From NCBI GenBank assembly GCA_022822085.1, contig JAJECK010000016.1:5786-69785 (forward strand): DNA of 64,000 bases, written 5' to 3'. This document shows, one piece after another, positions 44,193 through 54,092 of the stretch. The stretch is from Candidatus Poribacteria bacterium (lineage in GTDB: Bacteria; Poribacteria; WGA-4E; WGA-3G). The position numbers were made by a program, and so were the translations under genes. How positions within the stretch are numbered: the stretch's first letter is position 1; every line of letters begins with the position of its first letter. Below the pieces are notes generated by a model. It was not told the DNA's origin. It saw only the letters and a program-made list of their open reading frames with translations, and searched no databases.

Positions 44193-45374
44193 ATGGGTAT
44201 ATCTATGAACAAAAGAAAGAAAATCGCAGCAATACTCACGACCTATTTCCCTAACTCCCATGCAGACGTGATAGCTACAAAATACATGAAGGGTTATCCG
44301 ACAGATGGTGGACATATATCTCCGCGTGTAGATTTAGTATCCATTTATCTGGATCAAATTGATTCGCGCGACATCGGTGTTGATTTAGCAGAAGAACATA
44401 ATGTGCCGATCTATTCAAGCATTCGACGAGCATTGACACTCGGTGAAAGTGAACTTGCTGTTGACGGTGTGCTACTTATCGGTGAACACGGAGACTATCC
44501 GCATAACGAATTTGAACAACACATGTATCCACGAAGATATATGTTTGAACAGATATGCGGTGTATTTGCATCAAGTGGTCGGTCTGTTCCTGTCTTTTGT
44601 GATAAACATCTATCATACAATTGGAATGACGCAGAATGGATGTCCGCACGCGCAAATGAACTAAAGGTTCCTTTCATGGCGGGTTCATCGCTACCTACAT
44701 GTTGGCGGCAACCTTTTTTGGAACACCCACTTGACACAACTTTAGATTCTGCTATCGCTATAGGTTATGGCGGTGTGGAGTCCTACGGTTTCCATGCACT
44801 GGAGACATTGCAGTGTATGATTGAACGTCGTGAAGGTGGTGAATCTGGTGTAGTATCTGTTCAATGTTTTGAAGGAAAGGATGTGTGGAGAGCAGCAGAA
44901 TCTGGTCAATGGTCGCTTGATTTGGCTGAAGCTGCTTGCGCGCAAATAAAAAACAGACCAGACACATCAATCATTGAAGGATGTTCAAATCCTATAATAT
45001 TCCTAATAGAACATCGTGATGGATTTCGGTCTGCAGTGTTAATGCTGAACGGATACGTAACAGATTTTGCCTATGCCGCACGACAAGGCGATGAGATTCT
45101 TGCTACAGAATTTTACCTACAGAACGGCACACCTTATGCACATTTTAGTTATCTAAGTCTAAATATAGAAGAAATGTTCGTAACAGGAATACCGCAATAC
45201 CCAGTAGAACGCACATTACTAACAACGGGAATCCTTGATGCCATCATGCATTCACGGGTAGAAGGCTATAGAAAACTTGAAACACCACATTTGGCAGAAC
45301 TATCATATCAATCCTATCAAAACAAACTAATCCGTCCAACTGCCCCACGTCCAGAAGGGGCAACTTTAGAATAA
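44193..45374 (+). CDS. Conserved hypothetical protein (function not recognisable)
   Basis: A long ORF with ordinary composition, tightly following argB. I could not identify any diagnostic motif. Confidence 0.4.
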   Translation: MGISMNKRKKIAAILTTYFPNSHADVIATKYMKGYPTDGGHISPRVDLVSIYLDQIDSRDIGVDLAEEHNVPIYSSIRRALTLGESELAVDGVLLIGEHGDYPHNEFEQHMYPRRYMFEQICGVFASSGRSVPVFCDKHLSYNWNDAEWMSARANELKVPFMAGSSLPTCWRQPFLEHPLDTTLDSAIAIGYGGVESYGFHALETLQCMIERREGGESGVVSVQCFEGKDVWRAAESGQWSLDLAEAACAQIKNRPDTSIIEGCSNPIIFLIEHRDGFRSAVLMLNGYVTDFAYAARQGDEILATEFYLQNGTPYAHFSYLSLNIEEMFVTGIPQYPVERTLLTTGILDAIMHSRVEGYRKLETPHLAELSYQSYQNKLIRPTAPRPEGATLE

Positions 45375-45400
45375 TTACCTCACGGACGCAAGGAGTATTA

Positions 45401-45790
45401 ATGAACCCACATATTACTATTGTTACACTGGGTGTAGAAGACTTACAAAGAGCCATCAACTTTTACCAAAAAGGGTTAGGGTTTCCAAGAATAGATAACT
45501 CCGATAATATCGCATTTTTTCAACTGGAAGGGATAATGCTTGGACTTTATCCGAGAGACAAACTGGCTGAAGATATTACGATCTCTGATGACGGATCAGG
45601 ATTTCAAGGCTTTACACTTGCACACAACGTAGGTTCTCCAGAAGAAGTAGACAAAACCTTAGCAGAAGCGGTAGAGGCAGGTGCAGAACTTGTCAAACCT
45701 GGACAGAAGGTCTTTTGGGGTGGTTATTCCGGCTATTTCAAAGACCCTGATGGCTTTTATTGGGAAGTCGCACATAACCCGTTCTGGTAA
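45401..45790 (+). CDS. VOC-family (glyoxalase/bleomycin-resistance fold) protein
   Basis: ITIVTLGVEDLQRAINFYQKGLGF...FKDPDGFYWEVAHNP. Size is 129 aa. Confidence 0.75.
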   Translation: MNPHITIVTLGVEDLQRAINFYQKGLGFPRIDNSDNIAFFQLEGIMLGLYPRDKLAEDITISDDGSGFQGFTLAHNVGSPEEVDKTLAEAVEAGAELVKPGQKVFWGGYSGYFKDPDGFYWEVAHNPFW

Positions 45791-45918
45791 TGTTTAATAT
45801 GTGCCATCTCAATTTTATTAGGACTTACGCATTTCTCTTGATAAGTGAGAGAGAGTTAAAATCCATGAAAAATCCGCAAAATCTACACATAAGAACCCGA
45901 ATCTGCATCCGTCTTGTT

Positions 45919-46112
45919 TATAGTAAAAACCACAATTACCTGGACATTTGGCGAGGTTAGGAAGAAATCAAGAAATCAAGAAATCAACGGTATGAATGAC
46001 ATTTAGGCATTCCCCGGGTATGAATGCCATTTAGGCATTCCCCGCCTCGCCAGCGCGAGTGTGTGGGGTTGTTGTACATTGAAATGTGAACATATTTTTG
46101 GATTTTACTATA
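45919..46112. mobile_element. MITE-like structured intergenic repeat, copy 3 (~194 bp form)
   Basis: It has the same termini. Compared with copy 2, the insert carries GAAATCAA x3 and a duplicated GGTATGAATG[A/C]CATTTAGGCATTCCCC unit. Confidence 0.6.
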
Positions 46113-46200
46113 ATCTAAATTGCCACCTTTCTAAAATCTTGTCCGTAGCAACTTGAGTTATAGAAAGAACAAGACTTTAAAATCACCAGGAGAAAGACAG

Positions 46201-46827
46201 ATGGCATTTACAGATTTCACATCCATTGCACAGGTACAGGAAACCTTCGACATCAAATATATTGAAGAAGACTACATCCGATATGATGTTGATATTGAAC
46301 CTTCCTCAGCGTTTTTGGAAGAGTTTACGTTTAGCCAGCAATACATTGACGTGTTTGCCTCAGAAACGTCCCGTTGTGAGAATGTTATCTATCCGATTCT
46401 CAGGGATGTTTACAAAAAATATGCTGACCGTTTTTCATTGTGGAGCCGTAAATCTATTACTTACGACGCACAACTCAGCGGTACCCCAGACTACCTCATT
46501 TCAACAAAATCAACGTTGGGAAAAACGGTACTTGGAACCCCTATCATCGTTGTTGTTGAGGCGAAACGAAACGACTTCATAGAAGGTTGGGGCCAGTGTT
46601 TAGCGGAAATGGTCGCGGTTCAGCGGATCAACGATGACGCTTCGAAACCTGTTTCTGGTATTGTAACAGATGGCGAGATGTGGCAATTCGGTAAGTTATC
46701 TGAGGATGTATTTACACGAAACAAGTCTCCAATCGCAATCAGTGAATTGCAGAAGGTATTTAGGGCGATTGGGCATTTAATGCAAGCCAATTTACCCGAA
46801 ACTGAAAAGCCAAATACCCAAGTCTAA
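46201..46827 (+). CDS. PD-(D/E)XK-nuclease-like hypothetical protein, immediately upstream of the Type III mod gene
   Basis: ..SGTPDYLIS..(24 aa)..IIVVVEAKRNDF.. fits a D...(D/E)xK nuclease core. AGGAGA lies 8 nt before the ATG at 46201. Confidence 0.45.
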   Translation: MAFTDFTSIAQVQETFDIKYIEEDYIRYDVDIEPSSAFLEEFTFSQQYIDVFASETSRCENVIYPILRDVYKKYADRFSLWSRKSITYDAQLSGTPDYLISTKSTLGKTVLGTPIIVVVEAKRNDFIEGWGQCLAEMVAVQRINDDASKPVSGIVTDGEMWQFGKLSEDVFTRNKSPIAISELQKVFRAIGHLMQANLPETEKPNTQV

Positions 46828-46864
46828 ACCCTCTCTCATATTGCTACAGAAAGGACATGCCCCA

Positions 46865-48809
46865 ATGTCAAAAGAAAAATTTGACAAAAAACTGATTGAC
46901 CTACTCGAATCCAACCCCGACTTTGTTGATGAAGCTGGAGAACTCCACCGTGCAAACGTCAGAGACCGTGCATGGAAACTGGACCACGACCTTATCAAAT
47001 TGCTGCTCACTGACAAAGAAATTGAAGCAAAATTCTTTAAAGAAATTGCAGGACGTTGGATTTTTGATAACAATACCTTCGTTGACTATATCACCGACAA
47101 AACCTTCTTTGCCGACTCCTATACCCAATTTCGTAACAAAATCGGTTTAAACATTGATGGAAAATATCTACGTGAACGAGGCGAGGTGGCACTTGTTTGG
47201 CCATACAAGGATTGTGTCTTAGAGGGTGGGCAAACGCGTGAAGAAGAAAAACGCAAAGAGATTTTCTTCAATGAAATCCTTGCACAAGACGAAATCAATC
47301 GGATGTTTGATCCGAAGGTGCTGACCAACTGGAAACGTCACACCGCTGCAGGTGAACAAGAGGTAACAGAAATTGAACGCGATGAGAACGGGACAATTCG
47401 CGAAAACCTCATCATCAAAGGCAACAACCTTATTGCACTCCATACCCTCAAAGAACAATTCCGCGGAAAGGTTAAACTGATTTACATTGACCCGCCGTAT
47501 AATACGGGTGGCGATCAAGAAACTTTTACCTACAACAATAATTTCAATCACTCAACTTGGTTAACTTTCATGAAAACCCGGCTAGAGGTATCAAGAAATC
47601 TACTGACAGATGATGGTTTCATAGCAGTTACTATTGATCATCACGAATTATTTTATTTGGGAACTTTGGCAGATGAGATATTTGGACGGGAAAACCGCAT
47701 AGGAATAGTGACCATCTACATCAATCCAAAAGGTAGGAATCTCGCTAAATTTTTTCTCTCCTGTGACCGAACACATGTTAGTATATACGAAGAATATATC
47801 TAAAGCAGAATTAAACAAGATAGCCTTAGACAAAGACAAAATAGAAAGTTTTGACAAACGCGACGAGGCAGGAAATTATCGCTTAGAACCATTCATGAGG
47901 GTAAGATCAAATACTTCACGAACTAATAAACCTAAATTTTGGTATCCTATTTACGTCAGTAAAGATTTGAAAGACATTACACTGACAAAAAAGAATAATT
48001 ACCATAAAGTTTTCCCCATTGATAACGATCGTGAATTTACATGGAAAACCAAGCCAGAGACATTTGAAAAACGAAATGTCGGTGACTACTTTGTTGCAGT
48101 TGAGCAGCAGGGGCAGATAATAATCTTGCACAAATACCGTGAGCAACAAGTGATAAAAAATTTGTGGATGGATAAGAAATATTTTCCTGAATTTCAAGGG
48201 ACAAACCTCCTAAAAAATTTATTAGGGAAAAATTTATTTAGCTATCCCAAGTCGCTGTATGCCGTGTTAGATACTTTGAAAATAATGACCAGTAATAACG
48301 ATATAATATTAGACTTCTTTGCTGGTTCGGGAACAACTGGGCATGCCGTATTAGAAATGAACAAACAGGATGGCGGTAAACGTCAGTTTATCCTCGTAGA
48401 GCAATTAGACGAACATATATCAGTTTGCAAAGAACGCCTTAAGAAAGTAACCGCACAAGAAGGTCTTCTGAGCGGAAATTTTGTCTCATGTGAACTCATG
48501 TCTTACAACGAAGTTTTTATGGAACGAATCCAATCCGCAGAATCAAGTGAAGAACTTTTAGATATCTGGCGCGATATGTCAAAAGATTCCGTACTGAATT
48601 GGTATGTTAAACCTCACAAACCGATGGAAGCAGAAGAACATTTTATCACTATCAATGACGTTGAGAAACAGAAGCAACTGTTAGCGGCGCTGCTGGATAA
48701 GAACCAATTGTATGTTCACCTCTCTGAAATAGAAGACGAAACGTTTAAGGTTAGTGAAGCAGATAAACTACTAAACAAAAATTTTTATAAAGGAGGCGAT
48801 GATGTCTGA
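46865..48809 (+). pseudogene. mod: Type III restriction-modification methyltransferase (Mod), split by a frameshift at a T6 tract (47750-47755)
   Basis: The first frame carries the catalytic motif LIYIDPPYNTGG and stops at 47803. The +1 frame continues ..FSPVTEHMLVYTKN... and carries the AdoMet motif ILDFFAGSGTTGHA. Deleting one T of the T6 tract gives NPKGRNLAKFFSPVTEHMLVYTKN in one continuous frame. Confidence 0.8.
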
Positions 48810-51408
48810 ACAATTTCTATATGAACAACTGGATACACTGTCCCAGTTTGGCGTTTTAGATAAGGAAATGCCAGATAGCATTACGCAAAATTTGAAACCT
48901 ACATACCAACTTCGTCCCTATCAAGTGGAGGCGTTTGCAAGGTTTATTCACTACTTAAACACAGATTTTCCCGGCAAAAGAAATCCCTTACATCTACTGT
49001 TTAATATGGCGACAGGCAGCGGTAAGACGCTTATTATGGCAGGATTGATACTCTATCTCTACGAACACGGATACCGTAACTTCCTCTTTTTCGTCAATGC
49101 AGACAATATCATTGAGAAAACAAAAGACAATTTCCTCAACCCAGGATCCTCAAAATACCTTTTCAATAGTCCTATCTATTTTAAAAATGACCAGGTTAAG
49201 GTGGCGGAAGTGGAAAATTTTGAAGGTGTCAACGAGAACAATATCAATATCCGATTCACTACAATTCAGAAGTTACACAGTGATTTGACGACAGAAAAAG
49301 AGAACGCCTTAACTTTTGACGATTTTAAGAAAAAGAAAATTGTTCTCTTGTCTGATGAAGCACACCACATGAACGTCTCTACGAGGGCACAGTTGCAATT
49401 GGAGTTAATGGGAGAAAATTCGGCTCAAAACGAAAAACCGACATGGGAAAACACTGTTGAAAACATATTTAACGCAAACAGCGATAATCTGTTGCTGGAA
49501 TTTACCGCAACTTTTGATGATAAAACGCCTGCAATCGTGGATAAGTATAGGAATAAGATCATCTACCGTTATGATTTAGTCCAATTTCGGAACGACAAAT
49601 ATTCAAAAGACATAGAGATAGTGAGGTCCAGTTTCAGTCTGGAAGATCGCATGTTGCAGGCAGTCATTCTCCATTATTACAAGCAATCTGTCGCAGCAGA
49701 GTACAAGATCCAACTGAAACCCGTAATTCTGTTTAAGGGAAAAACAATCCCGGATTCCGAGCAGAACAAAGCAGACTTTCATAAACTTATTGATAGTCTC
49801 ACTGGAAACGATATTGACAAGATTCGAAGGTCTGAAGTTCCGATTATTAAGAAAGCGTTCCACTTTTTTGACAATCATAAAAAAATCAGTTCCGAACAGT
49901 TGGCACACGAGCTAAAAACGGTATTTGAGGAGAAATACTGTCTTGCTGTTAACTCTAAAGTCGAAAGAGAAAAGTATCAAGTAGAGGTAAATAGACTTGA
50001 AGAAAAAGAAAATCCTATCCGTGCTATTTTCGCTGTGCAAATGCTCAGTGAGGGATGGGATGTGTTAAACCTGTTTGATATTGTGCGTTGTTACGATACC
50101 GGCAGTACGGGGCATAACAAAATTGGAAAAACCACAATCGCTGAAGCACAACTGATTGGACGCGGAGCCCGTTATTATCCTTTTAGTCTGCCACCGGAAC
50201 ATGAAGATAAGTATACGCGCAAATTTGATGAAGACATGGAACATGAACTTCGCGTACTGGAAGAATTTCATTATCACAGCATTAACGATCTGCCCTACAT
50301 CTCTGAGATCAAAAAAGCACTGATTCAGGAAGGTCTAATAGACGAACAGGTTGTGACTCGCAAATTGAAGTTAAAAAAAGAATTCAAGGAAACCGATTTA
50401 TACAAATACGGTGTTATATGGGTAAATAAACAGACACCAAGAGACTATCAACACGTTAAATCTTTTGCAGACTTGGCGGATCTAAGCGTCAAAAAGAAAT
50501 CGCATGAGCATATTATCTATGAAGGGACTGGAGGCGTAACGGGCATGACAGAGAGTGACCAAACCTATACCACACGAAACAAAAACGGCAAGGACATACC
50601 GATAACAGATATTGAGCAGAATATTCTCCAAACCGCTATCGCACGTAATCCGTTTTTCAAGTTTGCATCACTCAAACAGTATTTTCCGCATTTAAAATCT
50701 ATGGAGGAATTTAGGATTTCAGAAAACTTTTTGGGTGGCTTGTCAATCAGATTTAAGGGGGATCGTTCTCAATTAGAGGACAATCCTGCCGAAAAACTAA
50801 GGGCATGTTGTGATCTATTAGAAAAAATTAAAGCTGAACTTCGAGAAAAAATTACCGAACAGGAAGGCACAAAACACTTTTTCAAGGAACAAATCCGAGA
50901 TGTTTTCAAGAACAAAATCCTGAAATTCAATGCTAAAAGCACTCGTGCGGATGAAAATCACAACGCAGAACGTATAGCGAAAGCTGAGAAATGGTATGCT
51001 TTTAACGGTCTTTATGGCACCAGTGAAGAAAAAGCATTCGTGGACTTTCTACAATCACACCTTGAGCAACTGCAGAAAAACTATGATGACGTTTATCTCA
51101 TCCGAAACGAGAGACATTTTTACATCTATAACTTTTTTGATGGGCGAGCTTTCCAACCCGACTTTGTTCTCATTTTGGGTAAAGAAAACGGTGAAACACT
51201 GAGTTACCAACTTTTTATTGAACCTAAAGGTGAACATATCGAAGATTTTGACAGTTGGAAAAATGATTTTCTGAAAGAGATTGATACCGAACGTAAAGGT
51301 GAACTTATAATAGAGGATAAGAACTACCGAATTATCGGATTACCGTTTTATCAGGAGAAAAAGCAAAATGAATTTCGTGATTCTCTTGATGCAATACTAC
51401 AATTATGA
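48799..51408 (+). CDS. res: Type III restriction enzyme, Res subunit (SF2 helicase-nuclease)
   Basis: Walker A MATGSGKT and DEAH box LLSDEAHHM. Helicase motif VI-like QLIGRGAR. The C-terminal region carries a putative nuclease core (FQPDFVLIL...IEPKG). The start overlaps the mod stop. Confidence 0.85.
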   Translation: MMSEQFLYEQLDTLSQFGVLDKEMPDSITQNLKPTYQLRPYQVEAFARFIHYLNTDFPGKRNPLHLLFNMATGSGKTLIMAGLILYLYEHGYRNFLFFVNADNIIEKTKDNFLNPGSSKYLFNSPIYFKNDQVKVAEVENFEGVNENNINIRFTTIQKLHSDLTTEKENALTFDDFKKKKIVLLSDEAHHMNVSTRAQLQLELMGENSAQNEKPTWENTVENIFNANSDNLLLEFTATFDDKTPAIVDKYRNKIIYRYDLVQFRNDKYSKDIEIVRSSFSLEDRMLQAVILHYYKQSVAAEYKIQLKPVILFKGKTIPDSEQNKADFHKLIDSLTGNDIDKIRRSEVPIIKKAFHFFDNHKKISSEQLAHELKTVFEEKYCLAVNSKVEREKYQVEVNRLEEKENPIRAIFAVQMLSEGWDVLNLFDIVRCYDTGSTGHNKIGKTTIAEAQLIGRGARYYPFSLPPEHEDKYTRKFDEDMEHELRVLEEFHYHSINDLPYISEIKKALIQEGLIDEQVVTRKLKLKKEFKETDLYKYGVIWVNKQTPRDYQHVKSFADLADLSVKKKSHEHIIYEGTGGVTGMTESDQTYTTRNKNGKDIPITDIEQNILQTAIARNPFFKFASLKQYFPHLKSMEEFRISENFLGGLSIRFKGDRSQLEDNPAEKLRACCDLLEKIKAELREKITEQEGTKHFFKEQIRDVFKNKILKFNAKSTRADENHNAERIAKAEKWYAFNGLYGTSEEKAFVDFLQSHLEQLQKNYDDVYLIRNERHFYIYNFFDGRAFQPDFVLILGKENGETLSYQLFIEPKGEHIEDFDSWKNDFLKEIDTERKGELIIEDKNYRIIGLPFYQEKKQNEFRDSLDAILQL

Positions 51409-51476
51409 AAATACCCAAGTACTTTGGACTTACTTTAAACAAATGAATTTACTGATAGATTAACGGAGAATAAATT

Positions 51477-52496
51477 GTGGATAAAATTAGAATTGCTTTT
51501 ATTGGTTGTGGTGGGATGTCATCTATTTTACAACAGTGCATCCCGATGGTCCCTGAGTTTGAATTTGTTGCTACATGTGACCTTGTAGAGGAGAAAGCAA
51601 AATCAAACGCACGAAGATTCGGTGCACTACGTCACTATACTGATTACAATGAAATGTTCAAGAATGAAGACCTATATGCTGTTGCGGTAGTCGGTAGACC
51701 AGAGGATAAACTCCATCGTGACATCGGTATAGAATGTATGAAAAACGGTTATCATATCTATACCGAGAAGCCACCTGCTACCACCGCCGCTGGTGCAAAG
51801 ATGTTAGTTGATACGTCCAAAGAGACTGGTAAAACAGGCATGGTAGGCACAATGTGGCGGCATGCACCTGCACATCAGATCGCAAAACGCCTGATTGACG
51901 AAGACGATTTCGGCACGGCTTGTCAATATCATACGCGCTATCTCGCCCCAGGTCCACGAGTTAGTGAATCTGGTTCCCCTTTTGCATGGCACTTCATGCT
52001 CGATCAAGTCATCCATCCAACCGATTGCATGCGATTCTTTATGGGGCAAGTCAGCGAAGTGTACGCCGTTGCCACAATAGATGCACCATCCGGTAATGTG
52101 TCAATATCTGTTAACCTACGATATGAAAACGGTGGAATTGGTACAATGACACTCGGCACCGGTCCCGTCTTGGAAGCAATGGTATTCATCAAAGGAACTA
52201 ACAATCAGGCGATTCAAGTTTTTGAAACGCGAAAGTTGCGTCGGTACCGCATTCCAACATGGCTCGGGCACGGTGGTGGTTATGCTGATACACCAACAGA
52301 AGAGTGGAATCTAAACACTGCATATCACGGTATTAGTAGACCCGGTTATCTGGAAGAGATACGGCATTGGGCACAATCCTTGAAAGCAGGCACCCAACCC
52401 CACTCAAGTCTTGAAGATGCTTATCAGAACATGCGCGTATTGGAAGCGATTAGTAAAAGCGTTGAAACGGGAGAGAAAGTACAAATCATAAACTAA
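51477..52496 (+). CDS. Gfo/Idh/MocA-family oxidoreductase
   Basis: The N-terminal Rossmann motif IRIAFIGCGGMSS and EKPPA motif (IYTEKPPATT) are typical of the family. GTG start with a GGAGAA RBS. Confidence 0.75.
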   Translation: MDKIRIAFIGCGGMSSILQQCIPMVPEFEFVATCDLVEEKAKSNARRFGALRHYTDYNEMFKNEDLYAVAVVGRPEDKLHRDIGIECMKNGYHIYTEKPPATTAAGAKMLVDTSKETGKTGMVGTMWRHAPAHQIAKRLIDEDDFGTACQYHTRYLAPGPRVSESGSPFAWHFMLDQVIHPTDCMRFFMGQVSEVYAVATIDAPSGNVSISVNLRYENGGIGTMTLGTGPVLEAMVFIKGTNNQAIQVFETRKLRRYRIPTWLGHGGGYADTPTEEWNLNTAYHGISRPGYLEEIRHWAQSLKAGTQPHSSLEDAYQNMRVLEAISKSVETGEKVQIIN

Positions 52497-52508
52497 AGGA
52501 GATAGAAT

Positions 52509-52715
52509 ATGAGACAAGTAGTCATTTACCCTGGTGAAGATGGTTATTGGATAGCAGAATGTCCAAGCCTGCCAGGATGTATTTCTCAAGCAGTCACAAA
52601 ACAACAACTCATAATCAATATAAAAGAAGCAATTGATGGTTACATTCTTGCATTGGAAGAAGACGGATTGCCAATTCCTGAAGAACACTTTGAAGCGTTG
52701 TTATTAGCAGTATGA
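52509..52715 (+). CDS. hicB: Type II antitoxin, HicB family
   Basis: MRQVVIYPGEDGYWIAECPSLPGCISQAVTKQQLIINIKEAIDGYILALEEDGLPIPEE is the canonical HicB N-terminal (UPF0150) fold pattern. Confidence 0.8.
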   Translation: MRQVVIYPGEDGYWIAECPSLPGCISQAVTKQQLIINIKEAIDGYILALEEDGLPIPEEHFEALLLAV

Positions 52716-52939
52716 GTAAGTCACCTCGAATCTCAGGACGCTAATGTGTCAAAACGCTTGCAAAAATCGGATTTTATATAAGGCGGCAGCAAGGTAGTCA
52801 TATCATATTACGGCGTGATAATCCATTTGCTCAAGTTGTTGTTCCTAACCACAAAGAATTGGATAAAGGCACTTTACGCAGCATTATCAGACAAGCTGAA
52901 ATAGATGTCAATGAATTTATTAGGTTACGAAGGGAATAA
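52712..52939 (+). pseudogene. hicA: hicA toxin gene with an in-frame TAA at codon 11 (52742-52744)
   Basis: The ATG overlaps the hicB stop (ATGA). My translation is MSKSPRISGR*CVKTLAKIGFYIRRQQGSHIILRRDNPFAQVVVPNHKELDKGTLRSIIRQAEIDVNEFIRLRRE*. Apart from the stop, this is a full-length HicA (..SG.E..K.L...GF...RQ.GSH..L.....). Confidence 0.8.
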
Positions 52940-52957
52940 CAGTTATGTATTCAGATT

Positions 52958-53884
52958 ATGGATGCGCGGCAAGTATTCTACATCATTATGTACTGGGTAA
53001 AACGTGTAAAACCAATCAAAATCCTTCGTTTATACCGATATGCGCGGCTCGGTATCTATGATGATATGTTGTTACACGATGTAGGTTGGCAACTTTATGC
53101 GCGTTGTAGTGATATAGTTAAGGTTAACAATGTATACCGTGAAGGGTTGGTCCCTTGTCCACAATGTAATACTAAAATTGCAAGAAAGATTGATCCACTA
53201 TTTAGTCAAGGTGAAGGGGGAACACGAGAAAACTGGTTTCACTGTGTTCACTGTAGTAAAAGGTTACTTTGGCGTGATTGTCGTCAAGCTTTAAGAAACA
53301 CACCGAGGTGTTTTACCTGTTTTTCTATACTCAATATATCAGAGGATTTAGCATGCGGCTGCGGCAAAACGTGGACACAAAAGTCCTACAATCAATCTGT
53401 AAGAACTCGCGTCCGATTACCATGTCCACACTGTCTGCACCTTGTCCGCAGACCAGAACCCTTACCAGTAACAAAATCAGTTCAACGCCGACAATCTAAA
53501 TCCGATTTACAGTGTCCCAAGTGTAAAGAAACAGCGGAGCATATCTCCGGAAAAATACAATGCACAGTCTGTGGTTACCAACGTAGATGGCGAGATTACC
53601 GGAAAAGTCTTAAAAAGAAGGATGAAAAGCTTACTTGCACAGACTGCGGCTATTCGTTCAAGTGGCAAGCATGGCGGAAAAGCACTCGGACATTAAGAAC
53701 AGGAAATCCAAAACCCGCGCGTGAATTTGTAGAACAGTGGACCAGATGCTATACACCACAACAACGCATGATACAAATTGATTCACTGCTTCAAACATTA
53801 CACGGTAGAGGTCCTTTAGCTCCTCTATTTATAGATAGCGGGGAGGATTGTATACGTAGGATGCTTGATGACTTGGCTAAATAG
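52958..53884 (+). CDS. Cysteine-rich protein with at least 6 CxxC...CxxC zinc-ribbon-like units; function unknown
   Basis: The units are CPQCNTKI...HCVHCSKRL, CFTCFS..CGCGKTW, CPHCLHLV, CPKCKET...CTVCGYQ and CTDCGYSF. Linkers are basic. The exact start is uncertain. Confidence 0.5.
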   Translation: MDARQVFYIIMYWVKRVKPIKILRLYRYARLGIYDDMLLHDVGWQLYARCSDIVKVNNVYREGLVPCPQCNTKIARKIDPLFSQGEGGTRENWFHCVHCSKRLLWRDCRQALRNTPRCFTCFSILNISEDLACGCGKTWTQKSYNQSVRTRVRLPCPHCLHLVRRPEPLPVTKSVQRRQSKSDLQCPKCKETAEHISGKIQCTVCGYQRRWRDYRKSLKKKDEKLTCTDCGYSFKWQAWRKSTRTLRTGNPKPAREFVEQWTRCYTPQQRMIQIDSLLQTLHGRGPLAPLFIDSGEDCIRRMLDDLAK

Positions 53885-54092
53885 ATTTGTCTATTTTGAG
53901 TATTTGTAACGTTTTTCTATAAACATTGCGTCCCTACGGGACTGAAGAACTGGACTAAAAATCAAAATCCTTAAGTTGACACCCGCTGAATGCCAAAAAG
54001 GCATTCATAGCGTTGATTTATGGGTTTCGTGCCTCTACCCGACCCACAATATTAGAATGGACTATCCACTACTCGTCAAGGGAGTGTATAAT

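Noticed and set aside
47750-47755. Phase-variable (phasevarion-type) switching of the Type III mod gene
   Set aside because: A T6 tract is much shorter than the repeats that drive appreciable slippage rates in known phase-variable mod genes. A fixed frameshift or a sequencing error is at least as likely. This is kept only as a possibility within the R-M finding.
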